A stretch of DNA of 38,221 nucleotides from a virus (Duplodnaviria; Caudoviricetes), in IMG/VR virus record IMGVR_UViG_3300033513_000029, positions 1-38,221 of that record. One strand, written 5' to 3'. The notes beneath the pieces were generated by a model. That model saw only the letters and a list, made by a program, of their open reading frames with translations. It searched no databases and was not told where the DNA came from. Shown here in pieces: positions 18,306 to 27,053 of the stretch. How positions within the stretch are numbered: position 1 is the stretch's first letter; each line of letters begins with the position of its first letter. A program made the position numbers and the translations under genes.

Positions 18306-20756
18306 TTATGTCGTTTCGTAGGCGCCCAAGTCGGGGGCCGTTCCGTTGTAAGTAAAACCGACATTGACCCCCGCATTGATACAGGGGCTTCCCGCCTGCA
18401 ATCGTAGGAATCCCGCATTGCCAGGGGTAAGGCTGACGAAGAGCGGGTTCGTGATTCCCAAGTTCCACGTATTGTGGTCGTGGGTAACATTGGTCGCGCT
18501 GAGGTCCAGAGATCCACTGAGATACGCAATGCAATTGCGAACGATGTTCGCTGTGGAAGTGCCGTAGATCTGATACGATGTCGGATTGTCCCACGCCACG
18601 CAGTTGTACCACGTCACACCAGAAGGGCTGCTATTATTGGTAAACCCTCGACGGAGGTTGTTGTAGGAAATACAGAAGTAGGCACTATTGCCACCGCCCG
18701 TGGGGCCGCCCATCTTGAACCCGTTGCCATCGCCGCCCGTATCATATCCATTGTCGTGGGCAATGCAGCGTACAACGGTATTGAACTCGCCCTCCCACAA
18801 GTCGAATCCGTCGTCGGAATTGTTGTACGATTCGCAATCGTAGAATTCGTTGTAAGACCCAGTGGATACCGCAAATCCATCGGCAATGTCGCCAGCAGTA
18901 CTTCCTGAGTCGTAATTGGAATGTGATATGCAGTTGTAGCACTTGTTCCTATTACCACCGCCGACGTTGTAACCGAAGATCCCACTATTGTGAATTAACA
19001 GGTTGCGGAAGGTATTGTCATTTCCTGTGACATATACACCGCGAGACGGCGCATTGGAAATCTCGAAACCGATAAAGCTATTCCAGCTTCCCGACACCGT
19101 GAAGCCCGCTGCGCTGATAATGACCGATTCCCCAGGGTATTCCGTCCAGGTAATGGGGGCCGCCGACGTTCCCGAAACGCCAAAGGTCACAGAGGTTGTA
19201 TAGGTCCCACCACGCACCGCTACCGTGTCTCCAGGACGCACAACCGTCAACGCCTTGGCGAAGGTGCGGAAGGGAAGAGACTGCGTGCCAGGGTTCGCAT
19301 CGTTGCCCGTGGTCGCGATGTAGTAGTTGTAGGTCACCACCGGGGGCTCACCCATCTCCGGCCCCACGTAGGGAAGCCAGTAGGAGTTCGCGAAGCACCC
19401 CATATCCCGACCATCCCGGCCTGTCCCAATACAAGGGGAAGTCGCCGCCAACCGCCAGTCACCGCCGTTCTCGTTGACGAAGAGGGGGTTCTGGTTGATT
19501 CCGTGGGCGTCATACCCCACCGCCTGCCATCCACCCAGTCCGGTCACCGCCGCCGTGTAATTGTTCACCCACTGCGGCAGTGCGCCCAATGTGGAGTAGT
19601 AGCAGTTGTAATCGCAGAGGGTGAATGTCCACGACGCCGGGGGCCATACCCAGAACCGCTTGACTCTGAAGGTCGATTGCTTGTTGTAAATAATATTGTT
19701 GTAAAACAGGATGTCATGTTGGAGCGTCTTATCGACTCCGGGCTCATACGTCCCGAACCAAAAGATGGCGGAGTCCGATGCTACCGCGTCGGTCATGTTG
19801 ATAACCGTATTCTGGTAGAAGTGGTTTCGATAGTTGGTATACCGCTGTCCTACCATCCATCCCATACGGGCATTGCGTAGTAGATTTTCATTCGCAACGT
19901 TGTCGTCGCATGCAGATCCAGTAGCGGCGTCCCCCGAATTAAGCATGATCGTTGCGGCTTCTCCTTCACCGCTATAAAAATCGTGCATATAGTTTCGATA
20001 AAACGTATTCCTGTCATCGGACCGTAGAGAAGCGTCAGCCGCTTGGATCTTTAAGTGGATTCCCGAACCCACGTTGTAAATGTTGTTGTACTGAAAAAGA
20101 CTGTCATCGCAGCCATAGAGTGTAAACGCGCAACCATTGGCTGTTCCATCCGTATTGCGTGCATCGTAAAGCTCATTATGTTCAAAGGTAAGATGATCGC
20201 CATTGCCGACACGAATGCACGCAGTATTGTCTTTGGCGACTTGCCTTGTCCCATGGATCACGCAATGAGAGATTGTGATATAGGAGGCGTTGAACGCGCC
20301 CGCCGCATAAGGTCCGTTTCCAATGACTTCAAAGCCCCGCCACGTAATGTAATTACGTCCATAGGCGCCAATGGCCGCGCCGGGGGAGTAGGCGGTGAAC
20401 TGAATAATGGGCCGTTCGCCGGGGTAATTCCGAATCGTAATTGGCGCTGTGGACGTGCCGGAATTGGTGGGGTTCAGCGAGACGTTTTCAAAGGAGGGGG
20501 AAGGAGCGCATGTGTAAGTGCCCCCGCGCACCAGAACGGTCTTCCCTGCCGTTAGTACCGTTAAAGCTTTCTGGATGGTTTTCCAGGGTTGCGCCGCCGT
20601 CCCTGGATTGGTATCAAGCCCCGTTGTTGCAACGTAGTAGTCCCCCGTGACAGCGGTTCCGCTATCGGTCGCCTCATATCCCTTGAATATGACTTTACCC
20701 ACCGAGGGAACGCCATATCCGACCGTGTTACTGCGAAACCGAAAAAGAGGGGGCAT
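18306..20756 (-). CDS. tailspike/depolymerase with two right-handed beta-helix (pectate lyase PL9-like) domains
   Basis: YYVATTG.D.NPGT...P..T..KA occurs twice; NSDDGFDLW and GDGNGFKMGG in domain 2; C-terminal APDLGAYE. Confidence 0.8.
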   Translation of the reverse strand: MPPLFRFRSNTVGYGVPSVGKVIFKGYEATDSGTAVTGDYYVATTGLDTNPGTAAQPWKTIQKALTVLTAGKTVLVRGGTYTCAPSPSFENVSLNPTNSGTSTAPITIRNYPGERPIIQFTAYSPGAAIGAYGRNYITWRGFEVIGNGPYAAGAFNASYITISHCVIHGTRQVAKDNTACIRVGNGDHLTFEHNELYDARNTDGTANGCAFTLYGCDDSLFQYNNIYNVGSGIHLKIQAADASLRSDDRNTFYRNYMHDFYSGEGEAATIMLNSGDAATGSACDDNVANENLLRNARMGWMVGQRYTNYRNHFYQNTVINMTDAVASDSAIFWFGTYEPGVDKTLQHDILFYNNIIYNKQSTFRVKRFWVWPPASWTFTLCDYNCYYSTLGALPQWVNNYTAAVTGLGGWQAVGYDAHGINQNPLFVNENGGDWRLAATSPCIGTGRDGRDMGCFANSYWLPYVGPEMGEPPVVTYNYYIATTGNDANPGTQSLPFRTFAKALTVVRPGDTVAVRGGTYTTSVTFGVSGTSAAPITWTEYPGESVIISAAGFTVSGSWNSFIGFEISNAPSRGVYVTGNDNTFRNLLIHNSGIFGYNVGGGNRNKCYNCISHSNYDSGSTAGDIADGFAVSTGSYNEFYDCESYNNSDDGFDLWEGEFNTVVRCIAHDNGYDTGGDGNGFKMGGPTGGGNSAYFCISYNNLRRGFTNNSSPSGVTWYNCVAWDNPTSYQIYGTSTANIVRNCIAYLSGSLDLSATNVTHDHNTWNLGITNPLFVSLTPGNAGFLRLQAGSPCINAGVNVGFTYNGTAPDLGAYETT

Positions 20757-20786
20757 AGCGGGGTTCCTTTTGTTAGAAGCCCGCCG

Positions 20787-20792
20787 ATTATA
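20787..20792 (-). promoter_or_regulatory. possible -10 box upstream of the tailspike gene
   Basis: Perfect TATAAT 31 nt upstream of the ATG; no convincing -35. Confidence 0.3.
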
Positions 20793-20828
20793 CTACGTGG
20801 AGATTTTTAATGAGATAGGGTAACGGGG

Positions 20829-20868
20829 AACCCCGGCCCCCTCACTACTAACCGAGAGGACCGGGGTT
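20829..20868 (-). other. intergenic 15-bp RNA hairpin (2 G-U pairs), no U-tract
   Basis: AACCCCGGTCCTCTC-N10-GAGGGGGCCGGGGTT immediately after the stop at 20879. Confidence 0.55.
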
Positions 20869-20878
20869 TGGGGTGTAC

Positions 20879-21187
20879 TTACTTCTTTTTCGCCTGTCCG
20901 GGCGGTTCCTTTCTCGGCGTTGCCGCTTCCGGATCGCCTTCGGGCGCGTGTTCCTTCTTCGGCTTGCGCGGCTTGCGCGTGCGCTCGTACTCGTGCGATA
21001 CCTTGCTGGCCGCGACTTCCTCGGCGGTACCGACGATAAAATTGACTTCCAGACCATCCGCCGACAGGTGGGGCTTGCCGAACGCGATGTGGACCGTCGG
21101 GTCCGTTAGTTGCACATGGGTAGCGAAATAGGTTTCCAGCTCTTCCCGCGTGATCTTCAAACGACTTGTTACTACATAAGATGCCAT
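20879..21187 (-). CDS. hypothetical protein with basic C-terminal tail
   Basis: 102 aa, AGAGGA SD, Lys/Arg/Pro-rich tail. Confidence 0.6.
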   Translation of the reverse strand: MASYVVTSRLKITREELETYFATHVQLTDPTVHIAFGKPHLSADGLEVNFIVGTAEEVAASKVSHEYERTRKPRKPKKEHAPEGDPEAATPRKEPPGQAKKK

Positions 21188-21232
21188 CTTGCTTCCTCTT
21201 TTGTTTTGATTAACAAACGTGACTATGGTAGG

Positions 21233-21346
21233 TTACGGGCGATGCGTCTTGCAATACCATTTGCCCGCTTTTTTCTTCCGTAAATTCACACCAAACCCGA
21301 AAGGGGCGCGATCCCCGCACACCTCACATCTTGTTTGGAGTTCCAT
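21233..21346 (-). CDS. small Zn-binding protein
   Basis: MELQTRCEVCG...APFGFG...WYCKTH (C2CH pattern); start reassigned to ATG 21346. Confidence 0.5.
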   Translation of the reverse strand: MELQTRCEVCGDRAPFGFGVNLRKKKAGKWYCKTHRP

Positions 21347-21530
21347 CGTTCCTGTTGGGTGAAACAGAATGGTGACAGATCTCTTGTTCACCAGAACGAC
21401 GGGCTTTGTGGTCCCCGTCTTTTCGCCACGAAAGCTCATTGCTTTCTATCTCGCGCTGAAGTGACTCGACCAACCGCCTGTATTGCGCCGCCTCTTCCTC
21501 AAGACGGCGCACCAGCTCGTTAAGCATCAC
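21324..21530 (-). CDS. small coiled-coil hypothetical protein
   Basis: Coupled to the upstream stop; heptad pattern in the N-terminal half. Confidence 0.45.
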   Translation of the reverse strand: MMLNELVRRLEEEAAQYRRLVESLQREIESNELSWRKDGDHKARRSGEQEICHHSVSPNRNDGTPNKM

Positions 21531-21805
21531 TCCCTAGCCTTTTCCCTGGCAAACTGCGTCAGCTCCGTCATCCGTTCCTTGAGTCCATAGGACTCCGCTA
21601 CCAGAAGTACCAGCCCTTGCGCAAGGTCGTGTTGGCCGTCCTTTGTTTCGGACAAATCCTTGATCCGCGTCAGCGTATCCATATTGCTCGTAATGTATGC
21701 GACCTCCCAGGCAAACTGAATCGCATCACGTAGCGGTTCCGGAAGCTCAACCGTCGTCTGTGCGAATATGTCGCGCCCTTCCTGCATTTTGTCCAAAAGC
21801 GTCAT
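21527..21805 (-). CDS. hypothetical protein
   Basis: 92 aa helical protein with GGTGAG upstream, same orientation as its neighbours. Confidence 0.6.
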   Translation of the reverse strand: MTLLDKMQEGRDIFAQTTVELPEPLRDAIQFAWEVAYITSNMDTLTRIKDLSETKDGQHDLAQGLVLLVAESYGLKERMTELTQFAREKARE

Positions 21806-21861
21806 AACTCACCCCGTTGCGGCAACATGCCGCGTCACTGTTTGGAGTTTACGGATAGGGA

Positions 21862-22335
21862 TTAGTTCTTACACGACAGGGTTATTTCTTGTTTTTCAAC
21901 ATTCACCGTAAACGGACTGGCTTGTCGTAATACGTTCATCCCCAGAAGAGGCATCCCCTCTTTGATGATTGCCACGCTTACGTTTCGAAAGGTACATTGA
22001 CCCAGGCGAACTACGGGCACCCGATAAAACTTAATCTCCACCATATCGCCATTCGCCACCATGGCACTGGCATTTTTCTCGAATACCGCATCCTTCAGGT
22101 AGGGCAGAAAAGGTGCGGGCAAGAGGGTGCTATCCGCCCCCGTATCCACCTTCATCTTGGCGTACCCCACCCCTCGCATCCATACGTCAGCGTATTGGCC
22201 GCCGCCACGCTGGTAGATGGGAACCGTCATGGTACTCGGCGATGCCATAACGTTTACAAACAATGCTAATATCAACACAGCGGCCAATCCCATTGGAACC
22301 GATAATGCCAAACATGTCTCCACCGTCTTTTTCAT
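21862..22335 (-). CDS. clan AA retropepsin-like aspartic protease with N-terminal membrane anchor/signal
   Basis: VDTGAD catalytic motif, ANG flap, LLGMNVL motif; hydrophobic N-terminus. Confidence 0.85.
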   Translation of the reverse strand: MKKTVETCLALSVPMGLAAVLILALFVNVMASPSTMTVPIYQRGGGQYADVWMRGVGYAKMKVDTGADSTLLPAPFLPYLKDAVFEKNASAMVANGDMVEIKFYRVPVVRLGQCTFRNVSVAIIKEGMPLLGMNVLRQASPFTVNVEKQEITLSCKN

Positions 22336-22958
22336 TTTGTCGGCTCGATTCGTCCTGTATTGGATCGTCTTGCGGTTTCGGCAATCAGGTTACTCAGTGC
22401 CGCTTGAGCGATATTATCAAAGACGTCGGCTTGTTGCATGGCTTCCGGTCCTTGAATCACTGTGGAGCAAACAAGCGCCTCCGCTCGTCTTTTGATCAAG
22501 ACTTCGCCATCCGTGAACCATCGTGAGGCCGTCGTGACTTCCACCACGTCCTCTAATGATTTGGAGTACACCAGCTCCATGGTGTAGGCGGTATCGGGAG
22601 GAGGGTATAGGCGGATCTGTTGCTGGAAGAAGCAGAAATAGGTGGGCGTGCTGTAATAGGTGTTACTGGTTTTTCGCTGCTCGATCCAATTGAAGGACTT
22701 GGGCACCAATTGCTTACGCCGCCCATCGGCATCGATAAGCGTGATGCCGGTAACGTCCTGGAAGTCGCCAGGGAGGGAGTACCATTCCTTTTGGGCAATG
22801 GTGGGACGTGTGGCCCGTTCTTCAGTGAAGTAGAATCGTTTGGTCTCGAACTCGGAAATGGCGTCCTTGATGGCCTGTCCGATTTGGGCGGACAGGTCGG
22901 GACGTTTGAGGTCGTCCTTGATGTCGGAGATCATGCCGCCATAGGTACCGTCACCCAT
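22332..22958 (-). CDS. head-tail adaptor / tail tubular protein A-like
   Basis: TYGGMISDIKDDLKRPDL N-terminus; P..F......IRLYPPPDTAYT motif typical of podovirus adaptors. Confidence 0.75.
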   Translation of the reverse strand: MGDGTYGGMISDIKDDLKRPDLSAQIGQAIKDAISEFETKRFYFTEERATRPTIAQKEWYSLPGDFQDVTGITLIDADGRRKQLVPKSFNWIEQRKTSNTYYSTPTYFCFFQQQIRLYPPPDTAYTMELVYSKSLEDVVEVTTASRWFTDGEVLIKRRAEALVCSTVIQGPEAMQQADVFDNIAQAALSNLIAETARRSNTGRIEPTK

Positions 22959-22963
22959 GGCGG

Positions 22964-23326
22964 TTACTCTTCGTCAATGACGCCGAAGATCAACGCCTTC
23001 GCGCCCGTTACTGATACAGAAACCGACAGGTCTACGAATACACCGTGTTCCAGTCGAATGAACGGATAGGAGTAGAAAACGTTGATTGTGCGATTGGTAC
23101 TAGGAACAACCAAAGTCCCGGTACTGGCGCTACCATCAAAGATCTTTACGACGACGGTTCCTGCGTCGCTTGTCGTGAAACTCTGGTACTCCACTCCCGC
23201 CAGCCGGAAGGGTTGACTGGTCAAAAGTCCCTTGTTGCCCGCCGTTACCACCCAGTAATCGGCATAGTCCGGTAGGCTTGCTCGCCCGCCTCTCCCAATC
23301 GGGTATTCCGCTGCTTTCTTCGCCAT
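22964..23326 (-). CDS. small beta-rich virion protein (putative)
   Basis: VKIFDGSASTGTLV...IRLEHGVFV pattern; AGGGGG SD; located in the structural module. Confidence 0.55.
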   Translation of the reverse strand: MAKKAAEYPIGRGGRASLPDYADYWVVTAGNKGLLTSQPFRLAGVEYQSFTTSDAGTVVVKIFDGSASTGTLVVPSTNRTINVFYSYPFIRLEHGVFVDLSVSVSVTGAKALIFGVIDEE

Positions 23327-23404
23327 GGGTAATCCCCCCTGTAGGTTCCGGGGAGTTTACCATACGAGGCACCGCGTGGTCATTCTGGTGAGGGAATCGG
23401 CGAC

Positions 23405-23539
23405 TCATCGGAAGAACAACCACTCGAACATGGCGAACACCGCGAAGATTAAAGCCACCAGGGCAATCTCGCGAATCACGATCCACACCTTTTTCCATCG
23501 GCTGGCAAAGAGCCATTCCGTATTGAATGCGTTGTTCAC
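23405..23539 (-). CDS. 44-aa membrane peptide (not in ORF track)
   Basis: GTG start overlapping the upstream TGA; TM segment IALVALIFAVFAMFEWLFF. Confidence 0.5.
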   Translation of the reverse strand: MNNAFNTEWLFASRWKKVWIVIREIALVALIFAVFAMFEWLFFR

Positions 23540-23643
23540 TTTTTCAATTTCCTCCATATTTCTTCTGCTACCATTACGCACAGCGTGATAATCAATATCA
23601 GCACTGCGCCTTTCGCCACCGCCACCAACATCGCAATTACCAT
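23536..23643 (-). CDS. 35-aa membrane peptide (not in ORF track)
   Basis: MVIAMLVAVAKGAVLILIITLCVMVAEEIWRKLKK; start overlaps the end of the MTase gene. Confidence 0.5.
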   Translation of the reverse strand: MVIAMLVAVAKGAVLILIITLCVMVAEEIWRKLKK

Positions 23644-24155
23644 TTTAAATCACCCATCCCCTTAAATATCCTGAACACTTCACTTGCTTGCCAGATTTTC
23701 TTTCTCGGATACAGGTAGGTTACCACGGACCCTTTCTGCGCTCCTCGTAACACGGTTAGATCCGGCAATAGGTAATTCGTTCGCGGGGCCAGAAAGAGTT
23801 GAGGGAATCTCGCCAAAGGTCGGTACCATCCTTCCGAAGTCGCCGCGTAGGTAATGCAGCACGCCTGCTCGATATTCCCATCGGTATATTCCTGAATCAG
23901 CTTATTGATCCAATCCTTATTCCATTGTCGATGAAAGGGATGGTTCATCCACACCCTACCCGTCCACGGTAGGGCAAGCCCGTTGTCCTTCGCCGTATAA
24001 AACCGTTCGGCATGGACAATCAGATTGTTCGCCCTTTCTGAGGAGGCAGGGTCAAGATCGATAGCCCCCATCAGTTGACGGGCGGCTTCCACTATGGGTT
24101 TGGGCGTGTAGTATTCCCATTTCCCCGATGTTTGCACCAATAGGTGACTTGTCAT
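23637..24155 (-). CDS. phage Dam-family DNA N6-adenine methyltransferase-like protein (motif IV variant NHPF)
   Basis: EYYTP, IDLDPAS, FYT..DNGLALPW.GRVWMNHPF; start reassigned to ATG 24155. Confidence 0.8.
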   Translation of the reverse strand: MTSHLLVQTSGKWEYYTPKPIVEAARQLMGAIDLDPASSERANNLIVHAERFYTAKDNGLALPWTGRVWMNHPFHRQWNKDWINKLIQEYTDGNIEQACCITYAATSEGWYRPLARFPQLFLAPRTNYLLPDLTVLRGAQKGSVVTYLYPRKKIWQASEVFRIFKGMGDLKW

Positions 24156-24275
24156 TCGCACCACCCAATTACTACGGCTATCTTTAACATCCAGATTCAC
24201 CCTTGTCCACTAAAAATGCTACCACTACTAATAACAATGCTACCACTATTAATAGTGCAATAACCCACCAGTCAA

Positions 24276-24791
24276 TTATTTCTCCCTCTTCGTCATAATC
24301 GCCATGAATTCTTGATTGGCGACGTTCGTGAAGTGATCCAGCTCGAAGTACTTCATCAGCACACTGAGCCACTTTCGATAGGACTTCAGGTTGATATGCG
24401 CGTTCCGCCCGTCCGGGAGTTTTTTCTTTGCGGGTCGTGTTGCCACGGTAATGAAGAGGACCTTTTTGGTCAGCATGTGCAAATCAAAAAGGACTTCCTC
24501 CAGGCATTCCTCTTCGATGTGCTCCAGTACGTCGGTGCACACCACCAAGTCCGCAGGTTTTGAAGGGAGGTCAAGGCCGGGAATTGCCGGGTCGTATCCT
24601 CGTACCGTGTACTGAGGGAGGGCCTTGGCAAGGGTCTGCTTACCGCACCCGTAATCCAGGATGGCCTCCGCCTGGATCATCTCCGCAATCTCCGCCACCG
24701 TCTTGGCGTGCTTCGCCCCTGAAGTCCCGTATTCCTTATTGGACTGGTGGAGATCCGCGTTCTGCTTGCGGTATTCCTCAGTGATCTTCAT
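24276..24791 (-). CDS. class I SAM-dependent methyltransferase
   Basis: ILDYGCGK, GYDP, DLVVCTDVLEHI, LPDGRNAH motifs. Confidence 0.88.
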   Translation of the reverse strand: MKITEEYRKQNADLHQSNKEYGTSGAKHAKTVAEIAEMIQAEAILDYGCGKQTLAKALPQYTVRGYDPAIPGLDLPSKPADLVVCTDVLEHIEEECLEEVLFDLHMLTKKVLFITVATRPAKKKLPDGRNAHINLKSYRKWLSVLMKYFELDHFTNVANQEFMAIMTKREK

Positions 24792-25018
24792 TGGGTACTT
24801 ACCGTTCCGAGATCATGGTTTCCAGTACGGTCTGGCGCTTCACCGTTCGCGAATTTGTCGGCCATTCGCAACAATAAATGCGCCGCTTCCTTACACATCA
24901 TTGTTTTTTGTTCGCATTGAAAACGCCCCGGAAACTTAATATCCACTTTTGCCCACAATTCACCATCATCTGCGGTATAGATAAGGGCAATCGGAATTTC
25001 CAAGATTCCATTTACCAT
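24788..25018 (-). CDS. hypothetical protein
   Basis: GGAGGAG SD before ATG 25018; stop overlaps the MTase start. Confidence 0.5.
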   Translation of the reverse strand: MVNGILEIPIALIYTADDGELWAKVDIKFPGRFQCEQKTMMCKEAAHLLLRMADKFANGEAPDRTGNHDLGTVSTQ

Positions 25019-25215
25019 ATCTCCTCCTCCGGCTTCAATCGCCATTCGCACACCACGAAGTCAAAACTTGGATCTGGGTTGTCCTTCCAGGGTTGCTCCG
25101 GCGAACATCGCGATTGCACCACTCTGCCATCCTTGAACCCTTGTACGAGTTCCATAATTTCGTCAACGGTTATCCGGCGGCGACGCGTACTCTCCAGGAT
25201 ACGAAAGCGTGTCAT
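25012..25215 (-). CDS. hypothetical protein
   Basis: ATGA-coupled; W.D..P.FDF...EWRLKPE motif seen in small phage proteins. Confidence 0.55.
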   Translation of the reverse strand: MTRFRILESTRRRRITVDEIMELVQGFKDGRVVQSRCSPEQPWKDNPDPSFDFVVCEWRLKPEEEIW

Positions 25216-26825
25216 TTATTATCCCTCAGGATCGAATTCCGCCTCGGTTTGGGGGCCACGACATTCTCATAGGGATCGAATTCCGCCCCAATCACCTGTT
25301 CCAAGGTCTTAATGGCTTCCGTCCATCCACCGATAGGAGTTTGCCGGAACTGCCTGACATTGGGATACCAAACCATGTCCTTACGCTTTAACCCATACCT
25401 CCATGCGGGTTTCGCGGGCGTCAGGGTGTAGCAGGGCAACCCCATCGCGCCCATTAGGTGGACCAGTGACGAATTTACCGTGACCACTCTACCACCCAAT
25501 TCTGTCAATGCCGCCACGAAAGCCGCTGTTTCGCCGTAGTCATAGGCGGGAGTATCGTGTACATGTTCAATCTCTCCGCCGTAATGCACTCGAAGTGGCT
25601 TCAGTTCTTCCTTGTTCTTACTCTCGGCGATAGGTGTGCCGTCCTTCATCAGTATGTATTTCTCTGCCTTCTGACAACACACCACTTCGGGGAAATGCCA
25701 TATCCGCGTTGCGGTCTCCTTGAAATACGCCTCCGTGTCCTCCTCTCCATGACTGGTGTATTGCACTGAAAATACGGTCCCCGCCCGCTGAATGATGGGG
25801 GTGAGGTCGGCGAGTTTGATGGATCGAATATCCTTCCTCGTCTTTTTGTGACCACCCACCCACCCGACAGCGAGATAGGGACCGGGACCTGTCAATCGAA
25901 TCCATTCCTTGTATTCCTCGACCTTCTCCCGGTCGGGGTAGATGTACGGGACTTTAGGAAAGTCCTCTTCTTTACGCCGGAACCACTTACCCAGATTCCC
26001 GATGGGCACTTTCCATTGTATAGGCATTTCGCTGGGTAACCAGGACACCGGCCTGTCCAAAATCTTGCGAGTATCATAGACATGAACTTCGGGAAATGCT
26101 CCCTCAAAAAGGGACACAAGGCGGGGATGGGCATCGAAAATTACCTTGCCTTGAAAAGCGTTTTGCAGATCAGGGAGCATAGAAGCGAACATTATCTCGT
26201 CGCCTATCCCCTGCTCTCCATAAACCACAATCTTGTCGTTTGGGTGAGCGTCCCCATCCCACCACAAAGCGTCACCGTAGTTCTTCGTCAGCCGGTCATT
26301 GGACGCCACGCCCCAAGCGTACTCGGGGAAGCCCTCGTCCCACTGTTCCAACTCCAGGAGCGCCAGCCCACGGTTCCAATGCAACTGGTTATGCGCCCCT
26401 GACAGTGCCAGCCCTTTGTTCAAATACTCCAGGGCCTTGTCCGGTGACCCCTCATTGATATGCAGGGTTGCCAAGTTGTTGTAGACATCCGGGTCGTCAG
26501 GCTTGATCTCCAGCGCCTTCTTCAGACATCGCTCCGCATCGGTATTGTGGTTCTCTTTGCGATACGCCGTTCCTAGATTGTTCCAGGTCTCGGGACAATT
26601 GGGCTCCAGTTGCGCCGCCCGCTCGAACAACACGATGGCGATACCATCCTTCCCATAGTGGAGATAGATGTTCGCCAGGAAGAAGATGGCCGCCCAGTTA
26701 TTGGGTTGTTGCGCGAGAATGCCGTGAATCAGGTTCTCGGCTTCCGCCATGGCCTTATGATCACCTTCCGCTCCCTTCCTGAGGAGTGCCTGCACATCCT
26801 CCATACTTATCAGTCGTGTTCCCAT
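25212..26825 (-). CDS. TPR-repeat protein fused to a GT-B (GT9-like) glycosyltransferase domain
   Basis: TPRs (WNNLGTAY, YNNLATLH), EQGIGDEIMFASMLPDL, PRLVSLF, SSLVHLMGAMG, WRY...WYP. Confidence 0.85.
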   Translation of the reverse strand: MGTRLISMEDVQALLRKGAEGDHKAMAEAENLIHGILAQQPNNWAAIFFLANIYLHYGKDGIAIVLFERAAQLEPNCPETWNNLGTAYRKENHNTDAERCLKKALEIKPDDPDVYNNLATLHINEGSPDKALEYLNKGLALSGAHNQLHWNRGLALLELEQWDEGFPEYAWGVASNDRLTKNYGDALWWDGDAHPNDKIVVYGEQGIGDEIMFASMLPDLQNAFQGKVIFDAHPRLVSLFEGAFPEVHVYDTRKILDRPVSWLPSEMPIQWKVPIGNLGKWFRRKEEDFPKVPYIYPDREKVEEYKEWIRLTGPGPYLAVGWVGGHKKTRKDIRSIKLADLTPIIQRAGTVFSVQYTSHGEEDTEAYFKETATRIWHFPEVVCCQKAEKYILMKDGTPIAESKNKEELKPLRVHYGGEIEHVHDTPAYDYGETAAFVAALTELGGRVVTVNSSLVHLMGAMGLPCYTLTPAKPAWRYGLKRKDMVWYPNVRQFRQTPIGGWTEAIKTLEQVIGAEFDPYENVVAPKPRRNSILRDNK

Positions 26826-26844
26826 TTATTGCCCCATTTCGTGC

Positions 26845-27002
26845 TCAGGACCATAAGTAAACCAATGTCTCATTCTCTTTCTTGCCCTTTCGCTTCCCCG
26901 CGTAAAAAGCCGCTTTAGCGACTTTCCATGCAAGGGAATCTTTAGGTATTTGTTCCCGATCTCTTTCTACCATTCATCGAATTGTGTATCCTCAATAGTC
27001 AT
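26845..27002 (-). pseudogene. small ORF with apparent 1-nt frameshift
   Basis: MTIEDTQFDEW stops at TAG 26969-26967; one more G would join it to VERDREQIPKDSLAWKVAKAAFYAG. Confidence 0.35.
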
Positions 27003-27053
27003 TTTTCACACCTTCTCCGGTCCATAACGCTATCACAAGCTCTCTCATTGTGG

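Noticed and set aside
15279-20756. Duplicated segments as a possible DGR template/variable repeat pair
   Set aside because: Differences are synonymous and not adenine-specific, both copies are coding, and there is no reverse transcriptase in the window.
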